From NCBI RefSeq assembly GCF_963675165.1, contig NC_087378.1:206562-270561 (forward strand): DNA of 64,000 nucleotides, written 5' to 3'. Positions 35,736 through 49,260 of this stretch are shown in pieces. The position numbers were made by a program, and so were the translations under genes. The notes beneath the pieces were generated by a model, which was given only the letters and a program-made list of their open reading frames with translations, was not told the origin of the DNA and did no database searches. The first letter of the stretch is position 1, and the number at the start of each line of letters is the position of its first letter. Origin of the DNA: Halichondria panicea. Taxonomy: Eukaryota.

Positions 35736-37735
35736 GTGAGCTGGTAGTATGGGGAGGGGGTATTTTAAGTACTTGGGAGCTAGTCTTACACTGTTATGGT
35801 TACCTGTCAGCATTATGACTATTATGCTGTATTTGTCGCTGTGTTGTTACACAGTGTGTTCAATGGAGCATACTGATAACTTCCCCTAGAGCAGCAGTGA
35901 GCGTGTGTGTGTGTGTGTCCTCAGCGTCTCCTTATAGTAAACAAGATTAGTTACTTGAACTTGTTAGGTCGACCCAATTTGGACGAGCTGATTGTTTAAC
36001 CTGACAACATTGAATTAGCGTTACATTGTTGTGTTATTGTTATTTCTAGCGCGTGTTATTCGCCCAGTGAAGCCCACAATGAGCTAGCCCTTGGAGACAG
36101 CATACCTGGACCTTAATCATATTTGTAGGCTTGTTTATACACGACCGGAGACAGTAGAAGGTCTCAACTATTCGTGTTTCTAAATTATGTACAAGGAGGC
36201 TCAATTCTTATCATTAATTTCTACAGGTTTTAGATTCCCCTCGTGTCTTTGTATGCGAGTTATTTAGGTTGCCATGAGAGATACTTCACTTAGCTATCAT
36301 GTGTTTTGATAGTGTCTGTGTGTGTGTGTATGATAAATGCATGACATTCCAAATTTATGTCTGAAGTCATTTGCTGTTGCCTTAGAAACATCGTCAAGAT
36401 TGCGTACTATTAAAGCCAGTAGTTTTTATGCAGCTGTACAAATTCTCCTTCCTGCAGTTCTAGGACCTGTGTAATATGGTAGGCCTTCAGACACAATAGA
36501 CGGTGTGTTCAGTCTGTCTGAATCTGAAACTGTCTTCTTTCTTAGAAATTATGTCCCCCTCCCTTTCATAGGCTCTTTGATGTGGTCAATGAGTTAATTT
36601 AGTGCCCAATTCTGGTATGATTAGCAGATGCAAGTTATGGTCCATTATGAAAGATGGTGTGTGTGATTGTTGACACACGCTTCATTAACACTTTCCATTG
36701 CATGTTTCTGAGTTCCCTAATGTTGCTGGGTTTACTGTCGGCCATTATCTAATGTACCCTAATACCGGCGACACACACACAGTAAATATCTCAAGGTCAA
36801 TTGCATTTTGTGTACAGTAAAACAGGTGTGATACTTGATCCAGCAATGTAGACATACTCAGACTGACCTAACAATGGTGATCATTTATTACATGTATTGT
36901 TACTGTAATTACAAGTGGATGTTTTGTGTACTGCCTGAGGGCACAAAGCTGAGTGCATATTGGAAGGACTCTATATATATAATAGACTAAGTGCATATGC
37001 CCACATCTGGTGTTGTGCTTGGTGATGGTTTCCCTGTCAGTCATCAACAATGGGGGAGAGATGTGCTCTGTTAGTGGAACACAAGACTATAGTGTCTCTT
37101 CCCTTTGATGTACCAGACAATCCTTGGATCCTTCTTTTAGGAGTACCATATACTTTGAAGTATATGGGACATCTTTATAGCCATACTTGTGGTATGATGT
37201 ACCGCTTCATGCAAACTAGGTGTTGTCCCAGTGTGTGCACTAAAGGAACTTGTTTGTGGTTGGCTGTTTACGTGTGGTATGTAGATTATGTACATGATGT
37301 AATGTATTGGGCATGTAGCGTGGAGAGGTGTTTATCTCTGTCCATGATCTTAGGGGTAGTTATCATGACTGCTATTTTGGAGCACATTCTAATTTGTTTT
37401 CACAACATGGCTAATTATTGAAGCCTATATATATTGGTGTAGCAATTTCCTCTTGCGTTCTTTGCATGCATGACTAGCATATGTGCTTACCAAGGCAGAA
37501 AATGGACTGGATTTAATTAGTAACTAAGTGCCAATGTCAGAATGTGTTGAGGGCTGATGGTAACACAGTGGGCTTGTTTCTATGGGATCTGTATCAGCTG
37601 CATCTTAGTGTGGCCAGCTGCCAGTAATTAGTGGTCGCCTCAGGTTGTACTGTGGATAGTTTACTACCTCATTACACGTGTGCACACTTAGAAATGATAC
37701 ACTCATAATTATTCACAAACTGTTTCTAATTGCAG

Positions 37736-37825
37736 CACTTTCTAGAGAAGATCCATTGTGAAGAGAACATCTTATTCTGGAGAGAGGCACAGGTCTTGAA
37801 ACAGAACGCTCCACAAGCCTCAAAT
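37736..37825 (+). CDS. RGS12: RGS12-like: RGS domain exon b (HFLEKIHCEENILFWREAQVLK)
   Basis: Acceptor aattgcag|CAC, donor aat|GTAAGT. Confidence 0.75.
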
Positions 37826-37997
37826 GTAAGTTAGTCTGTATGTACCCATATCACACACATATCACATATCACACACACATATCACACACATATCACACAC
37901 CACTCGTCCGGTTTTCTGAGAAACAATTACCATCTCATTAATTATAATTATAACATTACTCACAATCTGTACACAAACTACACCCCACCCCACACAG

Positions 37998-38144
37998 TAC
38001 CTGGAGGCAGTAAAGAAGATCTACGACCAGTACCTCTCCGCCACTTCCCCCTCCACTGTCAACGTGGACGACAGAGTGCTCAAGGCAGTCGAGTCACGCC
38101 TCGCCAACCCTCCCCTCAACATATTCAATGAAGCCCAGGAACAG
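37998..38144 (+). CDS. RGS12: RGS12-like: RGS domain exon c (YLEAVKKIYDQYLSATSPSTVNVDDRVLKAVESRL)
   Basis: Acceptor cacacag|TAC, donor cag|GTACGA. Confidence 0.75.
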
Positions 38145-38717
38145 GTACGAAAATAAATGGCTAGCTATCTTTAGGGTCACGTAATTTAAGAATGGATTAT
38201 CCAATTCCTAAAGCAAAACTGACCTTCTGTAGCTCTCAGTGAGCTTTTTCATGTGGTTAATTAATATATCTGTTGCATTCTAAAATTCATTGAGTGCTAG
38301 ATAATGTTTTCAGTGCTGGTTATGCATTGTCCTATAAGCATAGCCCATAACCTTACATCATGGTGTTTTCATATGCTCAAAGGGACTAGAATGGTAACCA
38401 GACAAAGTTGATGTGCAAACAAGAATGCAGTTTTTCACCCCGTGGCAGTGTTGCTATAGTGATATCAAGTAGCCTACCCTTTAATGGTGCTGTGTGTGTA
38501 TTCACGGCTAGTGTCAAGCACAGCTGCTAACTTACTAATCACTCATTAAGAATTTATTTCGTAAACTAGAGGACATGAAGAATTTTTCACATCTTTGAAG
38601 TATAGCTGTATTAATTGTAGCCAAAATTTAATGGCTATCAATCTCAAGTAGAATTCCTGGCGCACACATTTTAACCTTAAATGCACTGTGATGAATTAGG
38701 TGTGTTTGTTTCTTTAG

Positions 38718-38885
38718 ATCTATCGCCTCATGAAGATGGACTGTTATCCTCGCTTCAAGAAGTCAGAGATTGTTAAGCAGTGTCTGATAGCTGAGATGGA
38801 GGGGAAACCCCTACCAATTGACCCCACCCCTCACGAGAAGGCAACAGAGAGTCAACAGTTTAATGGCATCTGGAAAAAACAAAGA
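38718..38885 (+). CDS. RGS12: RGS12-like: RGS domain exon d (IYRLMKMDCYPRFKKSEIVKQCL)
   Basis: Acceptor tctttag|ATC, donor aga|GTAAGA. Confidence 0.75.
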
Positions 38886-39108
38886 GTAAGAAAGACACAC
38901 ACACTCATTGCTCTGTACGTAACAGTAGCTATGTAAGGAGAGCTTTGACCACGCTCTTTATATGTACAGTACATGAGTGGCTAGACTACACACAAGAACC
39001 AGGTCATGAAAACTCTTACACATAGAGACAATTTGAAGGCTGCCCTCGCCCTATAAATATTATACATGTGATTTGATTATTGATGACTGCTCATTATTGC
39101 TTCTCCAG

Positions 39109-39247
39109 GAGCGCGGTTTTTATCGGTCGTTCTTCAACAAGATTGGTCGTAAGGTACACCAAGAGCAGCAGCCCTCAGCCGTCGAGCCTGTGTGGGGTGT
39201 GGCCGTCCCGGACAAGTCACCTGACTCTGGCAAGAAGAAGAAGAAAG
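39109..39247 (+). CDS. RGS12: RGS12-like linker exon (ERGFYRSFFNKIGRK...KKKKK)
   Basis: Acceptor ttctccag|GAG, donor aaag|GTACGT in phase 1. Confidence 0.65.
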
Positions 39248-39505
39248 GTACGTGTTGTGTATGTAACTATAGTCTACCATTTTGGGTTGTGTTTAGTGTT
39301 TAGTTAGCTTAATCAGTTGTTATAAACTCATGCTTGCTTTGAGAGACAAATTTGGATTTGGATGAGGTGGGTTAGTGGTAGTGGGGGGTATTAGACTGTG
39401 GGGGGTAACTGGTAAACAAGTTATTGTAGGGAATCTGTGTCATGCACAACTAACTGTTGTGATAGTGTGTATATCTCCTACTGCTTTTTGTAGACAAAGT
39501 AGACG

Positions 39506-39539
<34 letters not shown>

Positions 39540-39570
39540 CCCCTCCCACCCACCCACCACACACACACAG

Positions 39571-39680
39571 ACTCTCAGAGGAGGTCCACGGGCAAGGACA
39601 GTGTTTCCAAGGCCTCTGATGGACGGGCCAAAAAGTCCAATCCCGACAATGGAGCAGCTGAGGATGTGCGGCCGGAAGAT
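39571..39680 (+). CDS. RGS12: RGS12-like Ser-rich linker exon
   Basis: Phase-1 acceptor after the (CA)n tract (cacacag|AC), donor gat|GTGAGT. Confidence 0.6.
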
Positions 39681-39762
39681 GTGAGTAGATCTTGACCCGA
39701 TATTATATGCAGTATATATAGCATGTGTATGCATTACCTGACTGCGTGTGGTCCCTCTGCAG

Positions 39763-39942
39763 CACTTGGATATATTCCAGACCCACAAGAGGAACGTATT
39801 CGAGGTGAACCTGCCCAACAAAGTCACCAAGATCATGCAAGTGCCAGACAGAGGCACTGTTAGGGACGCTATACAACCAGTCCTCAAGAAGTACGGCTAC
39901 AGCTTTGACATCATGGAATTGAGATTTGCCCAGAATTTCAGA
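39763..39942 (+). CDS. RGS12: RGS12-like: Ras-binding domain 1 (RBD) exon (VFEVNLPNKVTKIMQVPDRGTVRDAIQPVLKKYGYSFDIMELRF)
   Basis: Acceptor ctctgcag|CAC, donor aga|GTAAGC. Confidence 0.75.
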
Positions 39943-40265
39943 GTAAGCTTTGCAATAATTCGTTTGACTGGTTTCCCGGTAAATATCTAAGTAATGAATG
40001 TACAGTAGCTATGGATTAATCCGGTCATGTTTCAGTATGTGGTTCGTGTAGCTTTGTTTAGGCACATTAATTTTCCCAAACCCTCCCCCAGTTGAACTCT
40101 GTAAGATAAGGAATTGCAGCTGTGTCACATAATCACATCACAACTTGCTAGTATTCATCGTAATTATGTAGTCATAATAATTATTAATCTTGTTGTTGTA
40201 CATGTCTTACTATCGTGCGTTGTTTTGTATGATATTTTTTACTTTTTCTCTTTCTTGTTCTACAG

Positions 40266-40342
40266 TCTGTCAATTTGGATCTTTCAGCGGAGATTTTGAT
40301 TGGACAGCACATTCTTGTCGCCAAGTCAAAGAACACCTTCAT
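40266..40342 (+). CDS. RGS12: RGS12-like: RBD1/RBD2 junction exon
   Basis: Acceptor ttctacag|TCT, donor cat|GTGAGG, ending in phase 2. Confidence 0.6.
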
Positions 40343-40503
40343 GTGAGGCTCTTGTAATTACACTCAATTTGTGCCTACCTTTTTCGTCTAGTTATTGCAT
40401 TCCAATTTTGTGGGAAATAGTGCACCAATCATCACTCCACTTGTATGACAAAAAAATCATTGATGAGCATTTTCAGAAATCAGCTGCATTACCCAAAAAG
40501 CAT

Positions 40504-40504
<1 letters not shown>

Positions 40505-40570
<66 letters not shown>
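40505..40570. repeat. (CA)n microsatellite (about 33 units) in an RGS12-like intron; a shorter (CA)14 lies at 39508-39536
   Basis: Direct observation. Confidence 0.9.
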
Positions 40571-40572
<2 letters not shown>

Positions 40573-40631
40573 GTTTTGAGAAATCTATAGTTCCCAGGCA
40601 TTACCCAGACCACACCCACACACACGTACAG

Positions 40632-40840
40632 TGCTGCGTTCCCTGACCAGCTGGACAAGATCTTGCCTGCTGATGGCTCCAAAACTGTTGGAGAACTTTT
40701 TGTGAGAGTCTTAAAAGAAATGGACAAACTTCAAAACTTTCAGATATACTGTGAGGGTTCTCGAGTGCCCCTAGAGTTAAGTGTGGACACGTCCGTGCTG
40801 GTGGGACAGAGGGTCATTGTCAAGTACCTACCAGGACCTT
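40632..40840 (+). CDS. RGS12: RGS12-like: RBD2 exon (GSKTVGELFVRVLKEMDKLQNFQIYCEGSRVPLELSVDTSVLVGQRVIVKY)
   Basis: Acceptor cgtacag|T, donor cctt|GTAAGT. Confidence 0.7.
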
Positions 40841-41304
40841 GTAAGTGGGTGTGGGGTGGTCGTTTGGTAATGGTTGACGTTTACTCAGTCGTGTGTACGT
40901 GCTTGTGAGATCTAATGTTTGTGCTATGTGATGTCACTGTGTGTGATGTGTGTGCTTTGTGATGTGTGCGCTAGCTATGTGATGTGTGTGTTTGTCACTG
41001 CGTGTGTGCATATGCTTGATGATTGCGTGTTTATGGTTGGGATATCCTGGTAGCATTGATGAACATGTTTGTACTTTGTCACAAATAGATTATCTCTGTC
41101 CATGGGACATTCTAGACTTTGGTCTGCTACTTTGTAGATTCTTATATATGGCAGTGAATTGATGTGTAAAGGCATCCTAGGAATCTACCCTTGAAGTGAT
41201 TCATAATGTCGTGCTGTTTGGCATTAGAGAACTAGTTGCCTACAATGTGTTGTGCATGTACAGTTTCTACTGTGGCTTTTATTGGGGCAATCCTTCCTCT
41301 GCAG

Positions 41305-41382
41305 GCACGTTCCAACCCCCCCTTGTCATCAAGCCCACTCTGGAGGCTAGCAGCTCTAAGAACGACTTAGAAGGCATGGATG
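41305..41382 (+). CDS. RGS12: RGS12-like small exon preceding the GoLoco motif
   Basis: Acceptor cctctgcag|GC, donor gatg|GTAAGT. Confidence 0.6.
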
Positions 41383-41511
41383 GTAAGTCAACCAACTGCT
41401 AGTAATACACCTCTATAGCTTGTCTATGAAATCATCAACCCAAGTTGTGTACTTGCACGTTGTATTGCGTTAATTAACTATCCTTTCTCTGGTCTCCCCA
41501 TCACACAACAG

Positions 41512-42740
41512 ATCTCTTCTCAAAGATAGCCCAGCTTCAGTCAGACACACTATCAGATCAACGCACGTCGCCCACCCCCCACACGACCCCTGAACCCGGC
41601 GGACATAGCCCGCTCTCTTCAGGGAATAGCTCTCGTGCCAGGTCATCAGAGGACCTCCTCGATGGCTCCCCTGGCTCAAGAAGACGAACTGCTAGTACTG
41701 GAAAACGCTCCAACGGACATGATCACAAGATGCTGACAGTGAGCAAGTCTATTGGCATGCTGCATCACGGATCGGAGCGACATCACCATAGAGACGAGCG
41801 ACATCACCATAGAGACGAGAGCCATCGTGGGAGCTCGTCCAGAACACAATTCAAGCGTGTACAAAGTGGGTCTTCAATTTCAAGCTCTCAGAGGTCCATT
41901 CACGTTCCAATGAACCGCTCTGTTTCTCCACCAGCTAGTATCGGATACGATGAGGGAAGACGTACTTCCCCTCCTCCACCCACATCCAAACCACCACCCC
42001 TTCCGAGAGAAGTTAAGAGATTGAATAGAGGCAATCAGAATCCTCGTTGGCCGGCTAATGCCAAGACTGACTCTGTGTCTAGTGACGACTCTGATCACAG
42101 TCGCAGTGATCGGCATCGTAGCTCACGACCAGCTAACGATTCTGACCCCAGGCATCGTCAAGCAAAATCTAACAGCACGTCTGATCATATCTACGAGAAC
42201 AGGAAAGCCGACGCACCACAGTACTTCCCACAAGCACACCCCAATCATGTCGATGGCCCAGTGTACGTGAATGGTAGTCAAGAGAGAGCAAAGTCATATG
42301 CTAGAAATAGGCCGGTTAATCTGTCCAGTCTGTCCAAGGAAAGGAACCCACGGCCGAGCATGATGCCCTCTCCCCCACGAGATGACCACCCTCTGGATAA
42401 TGTGGTCAACGACGCCGCGCATTCTCAACGAAAACCTGCTCATCCGGGACAAAAGAAGCACATACAACCCACCAACTTGTCGAGTTATCCCTGGCATCAA
42501 GCGCATGCACGAAAGCAGCCTGGTGCAGGCAATCTCACGTCGTCTAGAAGAAGAAAAGACTTGACTGAAAACTCAGAACTGATTCAACGTGGGAATGACA
42601 TTATTAAAAAGGACATGGACGACTTCCATTCCCATTCTGATCTATCGTCTACGCACTCCAGTGGTAAGGCTCCTCCTCTCTCCCCCTCCACACACACACT
42701 CACGTTACCTGAAGAATCTGGATGCGAAACATTTGTTTGA
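41512..42740 (+). CDS. RGS12: RGS12-like terminal exon: GoLoco/GPR motif (DLFSKIAQLQSDTLSDQRTS) followed by a long Ser/Arg/His-rich tail; stop at 42738
   Basis: Acceptor cacaacag|AT in phase 1. A 409-codon open frame. Confidence 0.75.
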
Positions 42741-43267
42741 TTTGATCGTACGCACGTGCGTGCATGTCCATTTTTTGAAATCATTAATTTTTCTTTTTTC
42801 TACACTGACTATTCGTATCACTGGCAATTTCATACACGATATGTTGTTTTGTTGTTTTGTACATGTATAGATCATTTCACAAGTATAGCCAATCATTCTG
42901 TACTTGGATGGACACTCACACTCCTAGCAACTGTTTTTTTTTTTTTTACCATGATTGTTTTTCTTTTATGCCTGTAGATTTAAAAAGTGATCATCCCTGG
43001 TCATGTGTTTATTGATCAGAATTATTTATACTTGTCTAATACATGTTTCATTTTAACTCAAATTAATGTGATGACAAAGTTGAATAGGTATTATTATAAA
43101 CACTGGATTATAGATGATTTGGCAAGGAGTGTTTATTTGACTTATGAAAATAGGGAAAGGATCATCTTTATAAGAAATAGCAAACGCTCTTCATAATGAT
43201 AATCATTATTCATAAGTTCTGTTAACACTCTTTACCACATACATAATTATTACAACAACAAAAAACT

Positions 43268-46600
<3,333 letters not shown>

Positions 46601-47064
46601 CACAGACTTCAATCATCAAACTGCCATCGAACGTTAATAATTATACAATCATGATATTATGTTATTAATGACAATCTATGTATATCATACGTACTTGTAC
46701 TGTCTTTAAAAATTTGATAAAATTTAAGAAATGTTGTTATAATTATAATGATACTGACAATGATAATGATACTGACAATGATACGAGAGTCTGTATACTT
46801 TGTAGATAATACACAATGTTGGAGTATGCATGTCACAGCTTCACGTCTTTCTCACTTCCCTCTAAGCCAACACTTCCCTCTAGATCTGAGTCGTCTTCCA
46901 ACTTGTTCAGCTCTTCCTTATCTTTCTCCTGTGCTCTTCGGTTGGCGTCTTTCATGTACATGAGCCCAGCAGTCAGACCCACCGACACAACCATGCTCAC
47001 AACTGCATGGTGTACATACATGATGTCAACACAGGCTGTATTGTATGTAGTAGATATTGTATGC

Positions 47065-48906
47065 CTAACCTAATTTACTGATAATGCTTAACTCACATAT
47101 AGACACTAAAAATGCTGAAATGGGCACACTTGTCGTCGGTTTCTGTTTTCTGATAAACGAGCATTGTCCTTCGATTACACGTACTTCTGATTTATTTATT
47201 TTTTGACCCAATACTATCTTGTCCAAGTCTTGTTCAGTTATACCAATCTCACTCTGTCTCTCTGCAAAAGACGTATCCTCCAGTTTTGAAACTCTTGCAT
47301 ATTTTTTATTTGGGCCACCTTCTGCTTTGAGAAAAAATGTTAGTGGTTGTCTGATCCTATTGAAAACTTCAGTCCCTCCATCTTTATGGTGATGGTAGCT
47401 GTTCCCCGCTTTAGGTACATTGAAGTAGAGAATGTTTTCAGGGGTTAGTTGAAGTGTTTTGGTGAGAAGTTGTAACACCCACTGTGTGTAGTCGTGTGCA
47501 TCCATCAGGGGGAGGTAGAAATTGTCTAATTCACCGTTGTCAATATAGTACTTCTGAGACATGTACAATCCTCTGCTGGCTGGTTCAGAGGCTAGGGTAT
47601 TAGTCAAGTTTTGTATAAGTCTTCCAATTCCTTCATTGTTTCGATTAGCTATCTTGGTGTCATGTCCCAGTGGCCATTGAAATGGAGCTGAAAGACAGGC
47701 AGCATTAACATAATACATGGGTCGCGAGAGTGCTGCAAAACACGCCAACAGACCAGCACCACTGAATCCAATTACTGACATTCGCTGTTTGGGGAAATCC
47801 AGTTGTAATCGATTTTGTGTTCGTTTCTGCAATTCAAGTATGAGCGTGTCTTCTATAAAGTCAAGAATGTCACTAGCAGATCCACTGCATGCATATTTAG
47901 CCAGACAAATGTTTGCTTGGGCTATGAACTCTTTAGGAGAACACTTGGTGGGTCTTAGGGGGTCCCAACAGTTCTGACACAAAGTACACCTTTTGCCTCT
48001 TACCCTACAGTTCCAAATCGTATTACCTTCAGTCAAACTCATTATGTTGTTGAATGGATTGAGTCTACAGAAAGGGGCCTTGTCAAGGTAATGTATGGAG
48101 ACAACCACAGCTTCCTTAATGCTAGCTTCATGCACGTACATGTGCTCCAGTGAAGGTGCAATATGAGATGACTCATTGGTTCCAAACATTACAATCAACG
48201 GGTACTTTCTAATAACGTTGTAATCAAAACTTGGTGGATAAAGAATCGTAGATGTGATAGAAACCGTTTCATCTGCTCTAAAAATATAAGAATTGAAGGA
48301 TAGTTGAACAACTTCACTTCTCACACTAGTACCATCAAACCAAGGGTGTATATAAACTCGAGGCGGTACAAAGCCAATGGCTCCACTCATTGAGTTTGAA
48401 ACAGGAAGAGGGATATAAATGTTAGGTCCTTTCATATCATCATTGGTAAACTCATCTCTGTACACACGCAGCTCCAGAGCTTGCTGATTCAGGCTGCAAT
48501 AGGAGCTGTTCAAACAGAGTAGAGCGTTAGAATCAGAGGCATAAGATATCTCTATTATCCAAGTGCTGATACTCCGTGCAGACTTCTTCATTGGTTTAGG
48601 CTTGTCCCAACTAAGGCTAGGTCCAGATCCGCACACCCAGAGGGTCTTGATTGACTCTGCATCTTTCTGCTGTATATCGGCCACCAATTTGAATTTGAAG
48701 GAGGTTGTATCAGGAACGTGACAAGCCGGAGACTTTGAAGGCTCTTTAATACAAACACCATCATACTGCCAGTGAGCACCAGGTTGAGAGCATCGACTAC
48801 CTTGGACATTCGAAACACAAGGACCAATTGTTTTGGCTTCAGCAAATCCAAACAGTAGATGTAGTAGCAATGATATCGAGAGGGAGACTGGTTGACTGAG
48901 TTTCAT
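47065..48906 (-). CDS. Intronless gene: secreted CBM20 starch-binding domain plus putative esterase (alpha/beta-hydrolase, GFSGAG serine motif), 613 aa
   Basis: A single 1842-nt open frame. N-terminal signal peptide MKLSQPVSLSISLLLHLLFGFAEA. CBM20-like segment TLWVCGSGPSLSWDKPKPMKK. Esterase-like segment PLIVMFGTNE...MSVIGFSGAGLLACFAALSRP. Confidence 0.6.
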   Translation of the reverse strand: MKLSQPVSLSISLLLHLLFGFAEAKTIGPCVSNVQGSRCSQPGAHWQYDGVCIKEPSKSPACHVPDTTSFKFKLVADIQQKDAESIKTLWVCGSGPSLSWDKPKPMKKSARSISTWIIEISYASDSNALLCLNSSYCSLNQQALELRVYRDEFTNDDMKGPNIYIPLPVSNSMSGAIGFVPPRVYIHPWFDGTSVRSEVVQLSFNSYIFRADETVSITSTILYPPSFDYNVIRKYPLIVMFGTNESSHIAPSLEHMYVHEASIKEAVVVSIHYLDKAPFCRLNPFNNIMSLTEGNTIWNCRVRGKRCTLCQNCWDPLRPTKCSPKEFIAQANICLAKYACSGSASDILDFIEDTLILELQKRTQNRLQLDFPKQRMSVIGFSGAGLLACFAALSRPMYYVNAACLSAPFQWPLGHDTKIANRNNEGIGRLIQNLTNTLASEPASRGLYMSQKYYIDNGELDNFYLPLMDAHDYTQWVLQLLTKTLQLTPENILYFNVPKAGNSYHHHKDGGTEVFNRIRQPLTFFLKAEGGPNKKYARVSKLEDTSFAERQSEIGITEQDLDKIVLGQKINKSEVRVIEGQCSFIRKQKPTTSVPISAFLVSICELSIISKLG

Positions 48907-49138
48907 TGCAATGATGAGAATTCACCTGCATAATCCAACATGAAGAACTAGCTATACAGAAATGAACTATCACCTTGAGTCGAGTGCCAGTGAAATCCTC
49001 ACCACCAGCTGCACACAGTGCAGTGGAGCATACACAGTGCAGTGGAGCATACAGTTACATTGTAACTGCAGCTCTGAGCCCAACCCCCATAATAATTATA
49101 GTAACTGCAAAAGATGGGCGTGGTTTAATATAGGAAGT

Positions 49139-49170
49139 GCTTTCTCTAGCTAGCTAGCTAGCTAGCTCTA
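49139..49170. repeat. (CTAG)n palindromic tetranucleotide repeat upstream of KCTD9
   Basis: The string ctagctagctagctagctagctctagatc is directly visible. Confidence 0.8.
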
Positions 49171-49260
49171 GATCTATTCATTGTATTTGTCATGACCACA
49201 GCTCTACTCAACTCTGTCTAGCTTAGCTCTGTGTCCGTCTGTCTAGACATCAGTACCAGT

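Noticed and set aside
37841-37900. Imperfect CATATCACACA repeat
   Set aside because: It is a short degenerate microsatellite in an RGS12-like intron with no further structure. Noted only as low-complexity sequence.
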